From Octopus vulgaris (lineage: Eukaryota): a DNA stretch of 64,000 bases. Positions 28,748 to 43,404 of the stretch are shown in pieces; position 1 is the stretch's first letter, and each line of letters opens with the position of its first letter. The stretch covers positions 23,560,001 through 23,624,000 of the forward strand of contig OX597842.1 in assembly GCA_951406725.2 (NCBI GenBank), in the 5' to 3' direction. The position numbers were made by a program, and so were the translations under genes. The notes under the pieces are model-generated. The model did not search any database. It worked only from the letters and a program-made list of their open reading frames with translations, and was not told the DNA's origin.

Positions 28748-29310
28748 GGATCTTTTCCTTTTGAACGGCACGCAATTTCTAGTTAACTAAACACTTTAAC
28801 TCTTCGTATACTGGTAGAATGTGTCAAAAAAAACATTTTTTTATCCTTTTTTGGATCTTTTCCTTTTGATGGATGGAATTTTCTAGTTAACTAAAAAAAT
28901 TGAAACATCGTATACTGGTAGAATGTGTCAAAAGAAAACATTATTGAAAACAAAATTGTAATTTGTTTGTTTAACGTAGTTTAATTTTTCGAATTTTAAC
29001 CAATCCTATGCTCTCTTTTGAGCTAAAATCATTTGCTGCGTCTAAAACTGAGACAACATCCTGTCACTAACCCTCAACCTAACCCTAACCCTAAATTTTT
29101 TTTCTCAATTGTTAAATTAATTTAATTGCTACGTGTGTAATAAAAACGAAAGCAATGGAAAATAATTTAAACAATTGACAAACAAAATAATTCAATAAAT
29201 CCAAGAGAAAAAGATGTTTTATAAACACATTCTACCAGTATACGAAGTTTAAAAACTCCTTAGTTACCTAGAAATTATGTTACAAAGTGTCGTTCAAAAG
29301 GAAAAGATCC
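28748..29310. mobile_element. Related GGATC-terminal MITE subfamily
   Basis: TIR GGATCTTTTCCTTTTGAACG / CGTTCAAAAGGAAAAGATCC. Left end duplicated at 28853. Internal AACCCT repeats. Confidence 0.8.
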
Positions 29311-29680
29311 CACACATACATAGGAAATACACAAACACGGACAGGCAAGCACATAAATATGCAGGATACGTACATACTGATGCACACACATATATACATA
29401 TATACACATGCAAACACACACACATACATATGCATACACACGCATAGATACATACACATGCAAACACACACACACATACGTACATAAATATGCATACACA
29501 CACATATATACATACATACACATGCAAACACACACACACATACATACGTACATACATATGCACACACACACATAGATACATACATACACATGCAAACAAA
29601 CATGCACATACGTACATACATGCATGTATAGGCACATACACACACACACACCGACCCACACGCATGCGCACAAACAAACA
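29311..29680. repeat. Degenerate (CA)n/(TACA)n microsatellite
   Basis: Alternating purine-pyrimidine low-complexity tract. Confidence 0.9.
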
Positions 29681-29888
29681 GAAGGGAACGCAGTGTAAAT
29701 AACGGACAGAGTCAAAACTATTGAAAAGGTTGTGTGTAGTCCCTTCCGTTTTGTATGGGAGGTCGTTATTCCTCTTGCAAATTGTGTCCGTTAAAAGTTG
29801 TGTATTGTTTTATTGTAGCGATTATCGCTAGCCACGTATTTGTCGGCTATTTGTGTTGCCAAAGAGGACTACATTCGTAGATATGTTG

Positions 29889-30255
29889 CATAGGAGTGGC
29901 TGTGTGGTAAGTAGCTTGCTTACCAACCAAATGGTTCCGGGTTCAGTCCCACTGTGTGGTACCTTGGGCAAGTGTCTTCTATAGCCTCGGGTCAACCAAA
30001 GCCTTGTGAGTGGATTTGGTAAACGAAAACTGAAAGAAGCCCGTGGTATATATGTATATATATATGTTTGTGTGTCTGTGTTTGCCCCCCTAGCATTGCT
30101 TGACAACCGATGGTGGTGTTTTTACGTCCCGTCACTTAGCGGTTCGGCAAGAGAGTTCGATAGAATAAGTACTGGGCTTCCAAACAATAAGTCCTGGGTC
30201 GATTTGCTCGACTAAAGGCGGTGCTCCAGCATGGCCACAGTCAAATGACTGAAAC
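29889..30255 (+). mobile_element. tRNA-derived SINE family 1, full length
   Basis: A-box/B-box head and conserved tail. Confidence 0.85.
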
Positions 30256-30913
30256 GCGTTAAGGAGTAAGGAAATTTGGGTGTAGCACAGTTGTGTAGGT
30301 ATGCCAGTCTTTCAATGCTTCAATGAACTCCAACCCTTGCGAACATTGACATTAAACAGATGACAGTATTGCTGTTGTAAAATTTGCAATCATCATCATC
30401 ATCATTTAGCGTCCGTTTTCCATGCTAGCATGGGTTGGACGGTTCAACTGGATTCTGTAAAGCTGGAAGGCTTTGTCAGGCCCAGTCAGATCTGGCAGTG
30501 TTTCTACGGCTGGATGCCCTTCCTAACGCCAACCACTCCATGAGTGTAGTGGGTGCTTTTTACGTGCCACCCGCACAGGTGCCAGACTGAGCTGGCAAAC
30601 GGCCACGAACAGATGGTGCTTTTACGTGTCACCGACACGGTGGCCAGGCGGGGCTGGCAGCGGAATCGAACGGTTGGTTCACTTAACCACAGTTGTAATT
30701 CCCACTGATGTTGATCGACCTCAATTTTGGTTCTGCTTTCTGATATATGATTTGATTTGGTTTGATTTTGATTGTTCTCACTGGACTTGCCGGGTCTTCT
30801 CGCGCACAGCATACTTCCATAGGTCTCCGTCTCTGGTCATTTCCTTGGTGAATGTTGAATTATTATGTCACTTAACTATTCTCTTTATCTTACTGTTTCT
30901 TTTCCTCTTTCAG

Positions 30914-31060
30914 AATATCAGATAATGTTGACATAAAAGAAATCTTGTCGTTCAGATGTGACTTTTGATTTTTTATGGACTTTCATCAACTAAAGGAAGA
31001 CGATATATTTATAAGGAGCCTTCATCAATACATCATCGTTTTTATATTGATATAATCTAT
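30914..31060 (+). pseudogene. Truncated 5' part of an A/D-type coding exon (finger region deleted)
   Basis: Acceptor at 30913 and exon start are homologous to 11779-11928. The sequence then switches abruptly to first-exon sequence of the next gene. Confidence 0.75.
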
Positions 31061-32891
31061 AAATCTGTAAATTATTAATTAAGGTGCTTAATTACTAATC
31101 ACTGACTCGTTGCTTGTATCTGAATACGGTAAGTTGATTTTCTTTAAGGCTGTAATGATAATAATAATAATGTAAATTATAGAATTATGTGACCCTCTCG
31201 ATGTTACAGTAATTATTTGGAAGGCATAACAATAAGGAAATGTATTTGCTCGTCTTAAATAACTTCCGAAGTGAAATGTTAATTTGTTGTTTATGAAAAC
31301 CTATTCTCAACAGTTACATGTGATATAAAGTAAATTAATTAGTAAAATGAGAGTATTGTGGTATAATTAATTAGTAAGATCAGAGTAATGTAGCATAATT
31401 AATTAGTAAAATGAGAGGACTATCATTTTACTATGGTTAATGTGATGAAGGCTGTCACATAAATAAACGTTGGCCTGTTGTTTATGAGGCACTGATTAAT
31501 CGGTAAGTTGGCGAGGATTTCTTCTAAGGTTATACTAATAATAGTAATGATGATGATCGTTTCAAATTTTGCCAGTCGAATACATAGAACTCAGTATTTC
31601 CCAAAAGGGATGAAAGGCAAAGTCGACGTCGGCCGTATTTGCAGTCAGGACTTTCCGCTGAGTTCGACTTCGACTTTCGTTCGCTTTGGGTGCATAAAAT
31701 AATAATGGTGATGATGATGATATCAATTTTTAGTACTTTAAAGGCGGCAAGCTGGAGGAAACGTTGGCACGCAGGGCGGAATGCATAGCGGTATTTCACC
31801 TCCCGTTACGTTCCGAGTTCAAATTCCGCCGAGGTCGACTTTGCCTTTCATCCTTTCGGGGTCAATAAATTAAGTACCAGTTGTTGACTGGGGTCGATAT
31901 AATCGACTTAATCCGTTTGTTTGTCCCCTCTATGCTTAGCCCCTTGTGGGCAGTAAAGAAATAAGAAACATTAGTACGGTATTTCATGTGTCTACGTTCT
32001 GAGTTGAAATTCCGCCGAGGTTGACTTTGCCTTTCATCCTTTCGGGGTCGATAAATTAAGTACCAGTTACGCACTAGGGTCAATATAATCGACTTAATCC
32101 GCTTGTCTGTCCTTGTTTGTCCCCTCTATGTTTAGCCCCATGTGGGCAGTAAAGAAATAAGAAACGTTAGTACGGTATTTCGTGTGTATTTACGTTCTGA
32201 GTTCAAATTCCACCGTCGTCGACTTTGCCCTTCATGCTTTCATGGTTGATAAATTAAGTACCAGTTGTTAACTGGGGTCGATCTAATCTACTAACTCCCG
32301 CCGCAAAAATTTCGGGCCTTGTGCCTAAAGTAGAAAAGAATGTTTAGTACATGAGACACAATGTCTGTATTTTGGCGGGAGAGTGTAGGTCGATTCAATG
32401 GAACCCAGCGCTCTACTGCTTCTTCTTCTTCTTCTTCTTTACCTTACTGCTTCTTTTTCTATTTCAGAATATCACTTCATGTTGACATGAAAGAAATTTC
32501 CTCATTCAGATGTACCTCTGGTATTTTTATTGACTTTTATGGATCAAAGGAAGACCATATTTTTATAAGGCACATTCATCAATACTTCAACCTCTTTATA
32601 TGAATAAAATCTTCATCAAGCGATGGGGAAATATTTCTTCTGGACAATGCAATTAACAACAATATTTTTTTTGCCTTCACTGTCTGGAATGTAGTGGAGA
32701 TAATCAATTTATTGATTAATTAAGTGTTGATAACTTTTGAAATGTGTTAGCAGTTTACATCTTGTGTTTTAGATATTCAGTAAGATCACAGATGAAAGAA
32801 TTGTTGCATTAAATTATTCTCTGAAAATAGTGACACAACTGAACACAACCATATTCATGGAAATGAAAAAAACACTTTCATTGTGATATGT

Positions 32892-33608
<717 letters not shown>

Positions 33609-33851
33609 GAAAGCTATACAGTGAGAAATAGTAAGAATGACCCCGATCAGTATTCCCATGTATCAATGGGTGGAAGGCAGCGCCACATGTTCGAAGGGTG
33701 AGTAACACTTTTGATGACCTGAAGGAGATATCAAAGGGAATGTCGCCCCTCCCACCACAGAATGGACGATTACGAAACAGTCTAGAGAAGCAGAATGCTT
33801 TGGATCGGTTTTGAGTGTTGGGGAAGGACAGAGGAAACGACTTCAAAAGGG

Positions 33852-33860
33852 ACCGGAAGT
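33852..33860 (+). promoter_or_regulatory. ETS motif of the type B promoter (CRE mutated, downstream ~70 bp deleted)
   Basis: ACCGGAAGT in sequence homologous to 20930 and 59910. Confidence 0.5.
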
Positions 33861-35048
33861 ACTGAAAATGGTCATAGAAGAGAATACATGAGTACTTGGC
33901 GTAACTTCGGTATAAGTACCGGATTCATTTCAAGAAAGTGTTTTTTTTATATATGGGGGGTGGGAGAAAAGGGTTTCTGTTATTTTCAGAAATGCAAACA
34001 AAGTCACACATGTACCTATACCGAAGGATCGCCTGAGTACTCTTTGTTAAAACAATCTGGTGTAAATTTGAAAAATTCTTGAAGGCGAAGTGGTTGACAG
34101 AAAATCACTGGAACGAAATCAACCAGTCAGTGAAGCCATCTAGTGGAGAATTAAAGAAATACAATCATATGAAGGGAAGTAACTTCTACAAAACTTGTTT
34201 TACAAGCTCCGAGTTAGACATTAATTAAGGTGCTTAATTAGCGATCACTGACTCGTTTGTTCAAATCTGAATACGATAAGTTGAGAAATATTTACTTGAA
34301 GACTATAATGGTTTTAATACTACTAATAATAATGTAAATAATAGAATTATGTGAACCTCTCGATGTTACAGTAATAATTTTTCGAAGCGGGAACCTGACA
34401 ATAATTAGGAAAATATATTTCTTCGACTTAATTAATAACTTTGAAGCTGAAATGTTGATTTGTTGTTTATAAAATACTATGACCGACTGTTACATGTGAT
34501 AGAACTGAAATTAATTGGTAAAGTGAGGATAAAACAGCGTAATTAATTAGTAAAATGTGAGGAGTCCGATTGAAGAATTCCACATTAATATATGTTATCC
34601 TGTTGTTTATGAGGCATTGATAAAACGGTAAGTTGATAAAGATTTACTCTAATGTTATATTAATAATAGTAATGATGATGATGATTTCAAAACTGGCCCA
34701 GGGTCAGCAATCTTTAATACGAGCGATAAGTCGATTGCATGGGTCCCGGTTTTTTCCCGAAAGAGATGAAAGACAAAGTCGATCTTATCCGTATTTGAAC
34801 TCAGGACTTTCCGCCGAGGTTGGCTTTGTATTTCATTCCATTCCGTGTGAAGAAAATAAAAATGATGATGATGATAATAGTAATCTTTTGATAATTAAAA
34901 CAATAATCATTTGTGCTTTTGACCTGAAAATTGGCGGGAGGGCATAAGTGAATTACATGGACCCTAGTACTTGATTGCTTCTTATTTTTTCTACCTGGAA
35001 ATGATGAAAGGCGACCTTGATGTGGTTTGAACTTTGAGAGTAAAGATG

Positions 35049-35772
35049 CGATCTTTTCACTTTGACCGGCAGATTTTTAAAGTAATTTCTATGCAACTAA
35101 AAAAATTTAAAACTTCGTATACTGGTAGAATGTGTTTATAAAACATCTTTTTCTCTTGGCTTTGTTGAGAAAATTCTGTATTTGTAACATATTTGTTTTA
35201 TTTCTGGCATTTAGGCAATTTCAACCAATCAATGATGTATATTGTGTTGAAAACATTTTCTGGCGGCGTTGTATGAAAATGTCCCTGTTACATATTATAT
35301 ATTCGTTTAAGAAACAGATTGGGTTTATTTAGATTTCTGAAGAAAAAAAATACCTTTGCCCCCAACCCTAACCCTAAAAGAGATTGAAATGCAATAGATC
35401 GACATTAGGGTCATAATTATGGGTGGACGCTAAAAAGGGAACGGTTTTGTTATCCAGCTCTGTTTACGAGTGAACCCTCAGTTTATAACCATAGGGTGTC
35501 TTTTTTCTCATAAAAAACGGACATTTTCATATGACGCCTCCTATAAATGTTACAGCTGAAATCGTTTTCACCTCAATAGACGTCATTGATTGGTTGAAAT
35601 TGCCGAAATGCAAGAAATTAAACAACAAATATGTTACAAACTATAGAATTTTCTCAAGAAAACCAAGAGAAAAAGAGGCTTTATAAACACATTCTACCAG
35701 TATACGAAGTTTAAAAGTGTTTAGTTACATGGAAATTATTTTAAAAATCTGCCAGTCAAAGCAAAACGATCC
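35049..35772. mobile_element. Fold-back MITE, paralogous copy
   Basis: Same element and insertion site as 755-1486. Confidence 0.85.
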
Positions 35773-36484
35773 TAATGTGTAGGGCACTGCCCATGGGCTC
35801 ATCGTAGACAACATGAAGATATGGACCCTCACTGCTGGCTAGCTAGCGAGCTGGTCCAGAAAAGGGAATTCCGGTCGAGCAACATGAAGTCTTAAATCAA
35901 ACATTTTTCTGAAAGGTGAAGGTGAAGTGTGTAGTAAACTTGTGTGGGTATACCAATGTTTCAATGCCTCAATGAACTCTGATGTAAACATTGACATTAA
36001 ATGGCTGACAGTGTTCATGTTGTAATATTTACAATGTTGAATTACTATGTCACTTAACTATCCTCTTTATCTTACTGTTTCATTTTCTATTTCAGAATAT
36101 CACATCATGTTGACATAAAAGGAATTACTTCATTCAGATGTGCCTTTGATATTTGTATCAACTTTCATCAACTAAAGGAAGACGATATATTTATAAGGAG
36201 CATTCATCTATACATCAACGTTTCTATATAAATATAATATATGACAAACAACAGCAAAATATTTTTCTTGTCTTCACTGTCTGGAATGTAGAGGAGGTGA
36301 TTGCTTTACAAGTTTGGATAACTTTAGAAACGAGTTGACAGCTTTCACCTGTTGATTTAGGTATTAAGTAAGATCACAGATGAAAGAAAGATTAACATTA
36401 AATTATTTTCTAAAAAATGTAATGCAAATGGACACAAACATATTCATAGAAAGGAAAAAAACAATATTATTGTGATATATATAT

Positions 36485-37633
36485 ATGACAAATTATCCTG
36501 TCATAATGAGTAATTTAACTGAACCTAAAAACCCTGATACAAGAGAGAAACCATATTCCTGTGATGTCTGTGGTAAATCATTCTCTGGAAAAAGTAACTG
36601 GACCATTCACAAACGTATTCATACAGGAGAGAGGCCATATCATTGTAATATCTGTGGTAAAACATTCTCTCAAAGTAATGTCTTAACTAAACACCGGCGC
36701 GTTCACACTGGAGAGAAGCCATATCATTGTGATATCTGTGGCAAATCATTTTCTGATAATGGCAATTTAACTCAACATAAACGTATTCATACAGGAGAGA
36801 AGCCATATCATTGTAATATCTGCGGTAAATCATTCTCTTGTAATAGCCATTTGACTAGTCATAAACGTCTTCATACTGGGGAAAAGCCATATCACTGTGA
36901 TATCTGTGGCAAATCATTTTCTTGTAATGGTGACTTGACTAAACATAAACGTACTCATACAGGGGAAAAACCATATCATTGTGATATCTGTGGTGAATCA
37001 TTCTCTCAAAAAAGTCACATGACTAGTCACAAACGTATTCATACAGGAGAGAAGCCATATCGTTGTAATATCTGTGGTGAATCATTTTCTGATAATAGTA
37101 CTTTAACTCGACATAAACGTATTCATTCAGGAGAGAAGCCATATCATTGTAATATCTGTGGTAAATCATTCTCTAGGAATAGTGACTTGACTAAACATAA
37201 ACGTATTCATACAGGAGAAAAGCCATTTCATTGTGATATCTGTGGTAGATCATTCTCTCGAAGGAATGCCTTGACTAAACACACATTCACACATACAGGA
37301 GAAAAACCTCATCATTGTGATATCTGTGGTGAATCATTTTCTCATAATAGCAATTTAACTCAACATAAACGTATTCATACAGGAGAGAAGCCATATCATT
37401 GTGATATCTGTGGTAAATCATTCATTGAAAGTGGTAACTTGAATAGGCACAAGCGTGTTCATACAGGAGAGAAACCATATCATTGTGATATCTGTGGTAA
37501 ATCATTCTCTTTCAGTAGTCACTTGTGTAGACATAAACGCATTCATACTGGGGAAAAACCATATCATTGTGATATCTGTGGTAAATCATTCTCTGAAAGA
37601 GATGTCCTAACTAAACACCAGTGCAGGATATAA
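36485..37633 (+). CDS. C2H2 zinc-finger-only protein, type B copy 2 (12 complete fingers plus 1 partial)
   Basis: 382-aa ORF with canonical fingers. Acceptor ends at 36095. Flanks are homologous to those of the 23597 and 62496 genes. Confidence 0.93.
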   Translation: MTNYPVIMSNLTEPKNPDTREKPYSCDVCGKSFSGKSNWTIHKRIHTGERPYHCNICGKTFSQSNVLTKHRRVHTGEKPYHCDICGKSFSDNGNLTQHKRIHTGEKPYHCNICGKSFSCNSHLTSHKRLHTGEKPYHCDICGKSFSCNGDLTKHKRTHTGEKPYHCDICGESFSQKSHMTSHKRIHTGEKPYRCNICGESFSDNSTLTRHKRIHSGEKPYHCNICGKSFSRNSDLTKHKRIHTGEKPFHCDICGRSFSRRNALTKHTFTHTGEKPHHCDICGESFSHNSNLTQHKRIHTGEKPYHCDICGKSFIESGNLNRHKRVHTGEKPYHCDICGKSFSFSSHLCRHKRIHTGEKPYHCDICGKSFSERDVLTKHQCRI

Positions 37634-38097
37634 ACCATATCATTGTGATATCTGTGGTAAATCATTCTCTGAAAGAGGTGTCCTAACTAAACACCAGTGC
37701 AGGATAGAAACCATATCATTGTGATATATGTGGTAAATCATTCTCATACAATGATGACTTCACTAATTATAAGCATATTCATTCTGGGGAAAACAATATC
37801 ACTGCGATATCTATGGTAAATCACCATTTATGTACACATGTGAGTGTTCACACAAAAGTGCAACCATTCAGTATTAATCTTTATTACAACAATTATGGCT
37901 ATTTTTTCCTGCTGAAAGACTGGGCTATTTTTATCTCTTCAAATATGATGTTATCAACTTCAATTTCAATAATGCCAACATCAAATTCATGAATGTCATG
38001 TATATATATGGAAGTATATCAACAATGCCTTTGATTTCTGAAGATGATTGCTCTGGATTTTTGAGCAATTTGTTCTGAGAGAATAAAGAAATGGGAA

Positions 38098-38776
38098 TCT
38101 TTATATATATGAAACTGAGAATGTGTGTCTGTCTGTGTGTTTCCCTGAAACTTGAGAACTACACAACTAATTTCATTCAAATTTTACACATGCCTTACTT
38201 AGGATCCATGTAGTTTCATGGGCAAAAAAAATGTTCAACTTCTTGCCTAGAGCGAGCCCATAGTAATATCATATCTTCTCCACTATTTCAGTATTACGTG
38301 TTAAAAGTGAAACAAAAATATTTCTCTATTTTATGTCAGATGCTTTCACTTTAACAATAAAAATAATAATAACAATTGAATTATATGTAGTAAGTAATAA
38401 TTAAAATGAAACTAAAGTATAATAAAATTGCATCAATGATTTGAACTTGAATAAGTGGTTTCACATGAATGGGAATTAAATTAAAAATAAAATTTGCGAG
38501 GTGAAATGGAATAGTCCAGATGGATAATAAAAAATTAAATTAAAGAAAAGACTATTGTCTGTAAAGTATACAATGTAGACAAAAAAGAAGAGCTAACAAT
38601 TCCAGTCTGTTGTATATTTTGAGTATTGTTATCACTCGTGATATCAAGATATAACTTTGTATTTTGCATTTTATGTGTAGATGTATATATATATAGATGT
38701 ACATGTAATATGTACACATATATATATATACATGCACTAGCACTATGACCCGGCAACGACAGGTCTTTAATGCTAG
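38098..38776 (+). mobile_element. Non-autonomous Helitron
   Basis: 5' TC, 3' hairpin plus CTAG, inserted between A and T with no TSD. The empty site GGGAA|TAATGAATAAAAGG is present in the paralog at about 63930. Confidence 0.85.
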
Positions 38777-39042
38777 TAATGAATAAAAGGTTACACTGAA
38801 GTTGATTTTGTCTATGTGTTTTCATCATTGTCGCTGTTATCATCATCATCATCATCATCCTTTAGTAAAATTTTTTTTTTTTTACTGGCATGGGTGGCAC
38901 AGTGTGACATGAGCTGGCAAACCATAATGCTGCACTAGGTTCCACTCTGATTTGTTTGGGTTTCTACATATAGATGTAGGTACGTACATATATGCATGTA
39001 CATATGCATATGTTTTATTTTTTAATTTGTTATATATATATA

Positions 39043-39424
39043 CTAGCAGTATCGCTCGGGTTGTAAGGGAAATAACTATATAAGCATTTTTAGAGAGTTA
39101 TAGCCAAAAAATAGCAAAAAAATGCATTAAAAATTGAAAAAAAATTAAGGTAAATTTTTTTAAATCGTTGACACATCGTAGATAATTTTAGAGAGTTACT
39201 TCCCTTATATAAAAGCGAAAAAATGCATTAAACTGGAAAAATATGATGGTAAATTTTTTTTAAATCGTAGACTCATCGTAGACGCGCGCTAATACCCAGA
39301 AGGGCTTGATATGAATCACGACTATAAGATACCCGCTTTTGGTTAAACTGCACTGCAAAATGTGGGAGGAGTTAGGAATCTAAATCGTAGGAGACAGACA
39401 CACAACTTCACTCTTATATAAAGA
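39043..39424 (-). mobile_element. Non-autonomous Helitron (second family)
   Basis: Minus strand starts TCTTTATATAAG and ends CCCGAGCGATACTGCTAG, in an A|T context. Confidence 0.72.
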
Positions 39425-39439
39425 TGCTTTTTTTTTTTC

Positions 39440-40205
39440 AGTCATAGAGTTAGATTTATGAAGGTCTTCAGTAGAAAATCCTTCGAATTCTGACTCGCTG
39501 CTTGATATAATGAAATTCGTATCCATTTTTTGTCAGAATTACAAATTTTGAAAACACAATAGGAACAAATTTCGGAAAAAAATCTCCCATAATTCACGGA
39601 ATTAAAATTACACTTCGATTTTTGTACAAAACTGTATTTGAAGTGTTTACGAAGTATAATACGTGTTTTCACGAATGTACTAAAGAGATTTACTCTGATA
39701 TTCTCATTTAAATATGAATAGGTAAATTCGGGCGGTTTGGTAACGAAAGGGTTTATATAAGTGTCGTCTGTTTATACATAAACACTGTTTCATACTTTCA
39801 GTTTAGTCTTCCTCAAATCACTCTGTCGCTATTTACTTTCTTCCAAGAACATTTTCACTCACTCTTATCTGTTAGCTTGCCATACATTTTACTCATGTAT
39901 CTATCAGCGTGATAGACAGAAACAAATATTACATCTAGTTTCACTTTATTCGTTGCACACTGTGTGTGTGCGTTTGTGTGTGCTGTAAACCAGACTAAGA
40001 AAAGCATTTGACATACACACCAGAATGTGAGTTTTCTGTAAATTTTGCTTAATTGGAGTTTAAATTTTAAAAACTGGACCTGGCAAAACCCGATGCATTC
40101 TACTCTTAAAAATGCTAGGTAAATTGTAATTGAAGAAATCCTATATTGTAGATTTCTATAACTGACAAAGGGAGGCAGATAAAATCTGCCTTTTATAATA
40201 AGAGA
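39440..40205 (-). mobile_element. Probable Helitron 5' fragment
   Basis: Minus strand starts TCTCTTATTATAAAAGGCAGATTTTATCTGCC. Absent from the paralogous flank at about 26100-26200. 3' end not seen. Confidence 0.45.
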
Positions 40206-41016
40206 TATATATATATATATATATATGTATCATCATCATCTAATGGAAAAAAATATATATTTCTAATGATACTGAGCAAAAATAAGGAGTTTACAGCGCA
40301 TTGCAAGGTCAGGGTACTTGATTCCATGCAAAAAATCTGACTTTTTTTGTTTCTCTTTATGAAAATCTTGTGAGTGAAGATATAAAAGTTTACCCGAAAT
40401 TCTTCTGGACTCCAACTTCTCCGAAAAAAATTGTGACAACAAATTCGTATGTAATCGTAATCTAAACGATCTTAAAAGTATTATCATCGTAATCTACCTC
40501 ATCAGAAATGTAGTCATGGAAAACTTTTAATTACCGTTAATCTACCAAATCATTATCAACATTTGGGTTGGACGATTTGACTGATCCGGCAGAGTTTCTA
40601 CAGCTGGATGCCCTTCCTAATGCCAACCAGCTGTAGAAACTCTGCCAGATGAGATTAGAGTCTGGTTCGCCAGGCCTCAGTCAAATATATATATATATAT
40701 ATGTACAAATCATAAGAAGACAAAGAAAATTGTTTAACACATCATGGCAGGGCAGTAAAAACAGTTCCTCTGGCACTGAAATTCGTGTGATGGGTGAAAA
40801 GTTTTTTGACCAGCGACTTCGGAAAATGGGAGAAACTATTAAATAGATAACTTGACACTTGCTCAGGAATTAAACAATGAAGATATTTATGTTTGTGGTG
40901 GCGAAGTTGTGTGATCTGCAGTAGAATAGACTAAATCGCCTCCCACCAAGCAGACTAACTTCGTGGCCTTAGAATGTGTAGGCAAGGGAAGAGAGATGCA
41001 AAAAAAAAATGAGAAT

Positions 41017-41051
<35 letters not shown>

Positions 41052-41090
41052 CTCATTATATATATATATTTATATAATTCTCATTATATA

Positions 41091-41114
<24 letters not shown>

Positions 41115-41122
<8 letters not shown>

Positions 41123-41490
41123 AAGCAGAAGTCGTTTGTGTATGGTAGGTTTGGTAGCCTTCAACTAACACTATCTCCCCAGAGACCCTGCGGCGCAAGT
41201 TGACCAAAATTGAGAGTATGATAGAAGAAGGCTTGCTCTTCCTTCCGTAGAATCAAAAATCCTAATCGGTCCATGTTAAGACCAAAAATTACTTACATCA
41301 AAAAGGTGCTTTTTCTCAATGAAAATCCCAATTTTTTACGATTTTTTTACTGCTGTATCAACATTTTTTGGTGTATTTCAACCAGAAAAATGTTCACTCA
41401 AAGAGAATAACAAGCTACATCGTGCAAAATTTTTACTTTTGAAAAATTCCAATTCTAAAGGGTCGAAAAGAAAACAAGCCCGAGCAACAC
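41115..41490 (+). mobile_element. Probable Helitron fragment
   Basis: Follows a (TA)n tract and ends at CCCGAGCAAC, which looks like the first half of a Helitron terminal hairpin. Confidence 0.4.
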
Positions 41491-42236
41491 AGACGCCAGT
41501 CAGGCGGCGCTGGCATCTTCCACGTTCGGGTGGTGCTTTTTACGTGTCACCGGCACAGGTATCTTGAAAGAAGTGTTTGAAAAATGCTAGCGTGGGTTGG
41601 ATGTTTCGGATGGGCTCTGAGAAGTCAGGAGGCTGCACCAGGCTCCAGTCTGATCTGGCAGTGTTTCTACAGCTGGATGCCCTTCCTAAGGCCAACCACT
41701 CCGTGAGTGAAGTGGGTGTTTTTTACGTGCTACTGGCACAGGGGCCACAGAAGGCTGGCAAATGGCCACGATCGGTTGGTGCTTTTACGTGTCACCGACA
41801 CAGACGCCAGTCAAGCGGGGCTGGCATTTTCCACGTTCAGGTGGTGCTTTTTATGTGTCACCAGCACGGGTATCTTGAAAGAAATATTCTGAGTACAGTA
41901 GCTGCAACTTGGCAGGAAGGCTGAGAATCGAGGCCGTATATCGTGCACAATATGAGGGCTCAACAAGACGTGGTTTTCAACCCCAATGTCACTGGAGAGA
42001 GAGCGTTGTAGGTAGTGTGGAATTGCAACAGATGCTAATCCGTCGACCCTGCACACAAAACAGGAATGATTCGGGTGGAATGGGGGAGCCATTGACATTA
42101 TGAACTATAGGGAAAATGTATACCCCTCAATGGTCGACTGTGGTCCAAAGCAGATGGCTATATGGAGAGAGATCAGGGTGGAGAGTGCTGCTGAAATTGC
42201 CAGAAGACAATGGAGGTAGTCTTCTGGTACAATATA

Positions 42237-42450
42237 ACTATTTCTTTATTACCCACAAGGGGCTAAACATGGAGGGGACAGAGATAGGTATTAAGTCGAT
42301 TACATCGACCCCCAGTGTGTAACTGGTACTTAATTTATTGACCCCGAAAGGATGAAAGGCAAAGTCGACCTCAACAGAATTGGAGCTCAGAACGTAACGA
42401 CAGACGAAATATCACTACGTATTTAGCCCGGCGTGCTAACAGTTCTGCCT
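42237..42450 (-). mobile_element. SINE family 2
   Basis: Reverse-complement match to 8783-9020. Confidence 0.75.
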
Positions 42451-42992
42451 ACCGTCCAGGTTAGGGCAAACCGAAGAGTCTGCCTCGAAAAGGGCCATAT
42501 TCCAGTGAAAAGGTAGACATCTCAGCATGGTGTCTGTGCAGTTCGAAGACGAGGTGTGGGTGAAGACCCTGAATGCTTGTGTAGGGCACTGGCCATAAAT
42601 TTATAACAGATGGACTATAGACAGGAACCTCACAACAGGCTAATTAGTGAGTTGCTCTGCAGAGAAGGGACTTGCGATCTTTTCCGTTTGAACGGCAGTT
42701 TTTTCTAATTAATTAATTAGTAAAATGAGAAGCAACCGATTGAAGAATACCACATTAATTAATTCTGTCCCGTTGTTAATTAGGCATTGATAAAACGATA
42801 AGTTGATGAAGATTTGCTTTAAGGTTATATTAATAATAGTAATGATGGTTTAAAATGTTGGCCCAGGGCAGCAATATTTTTAGGGCGAGTGGGAGTCGAT
42901 TACACGGGCCCCATAATTTCCTGAAAGGGATGAACGGCAAAGTCAACCTCGGCTGTATTTGAACCCAAGACTTACTGTCGAGATAGACTCTG

Positions 42993-43404
42993 GGATCTTT
43001 TCGGTTTGATCGGTAGTTTTTAAAAATATTTTCCATGTAACTAAATACTTTTAAACTTCGTATACTGGTAGAATGTGTTTATAAAACATCTTTTTCTCTT
43101 GGCTTTTTTAAGAAAATTCTATAGTTTGTAAGATATTTGTTGTTGTTTTTCTTCAATTTCTGCAATTTCAACCAATCAATGACGTCTATTGAGGTGAAAA
43201 CATTCTGTGCTGTATGAATATGTCCGTCGTTTAAGAAACAGATTGGGTTTATTTAAATTTGTGAAGAAAAAAAAGATACCCTTCCCCCCACCCCTAACCC
43301 TAAAACAGATTGAAATGCAATAGATCGATACTAGGGTCATAATTATGGGTGACAATTTCATATGACACCACTAGAAAAAACTGCTGGTCAAATGGAAAAG
43401 ATCC
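42993..43404. mobile_element. GGATC-terminal MITE with 29-bp flanking repeat (paralog of 10644-11052)
   Basis: Flanking repeats at 42964-42992 and 43405-43433. Confidence 0.85.

Noticed and set aside
29070-29095. AACCCT repeats as an interstitial telomere or fusion scar
   Set aside because: Only 2-3 units, and internal to a MITE.
29275-29715. Several overlapping Cys/Val/Tyr- or His/Thr-rich ORFs
   Set aside because: Translations of a CA/TACA microsatellite.
41890-42230. GC-richer unique segment, possibly a LINE endonuclease relic
   Set aside because: No motif could be recognised with confidence in any frame; it needs a translated search.
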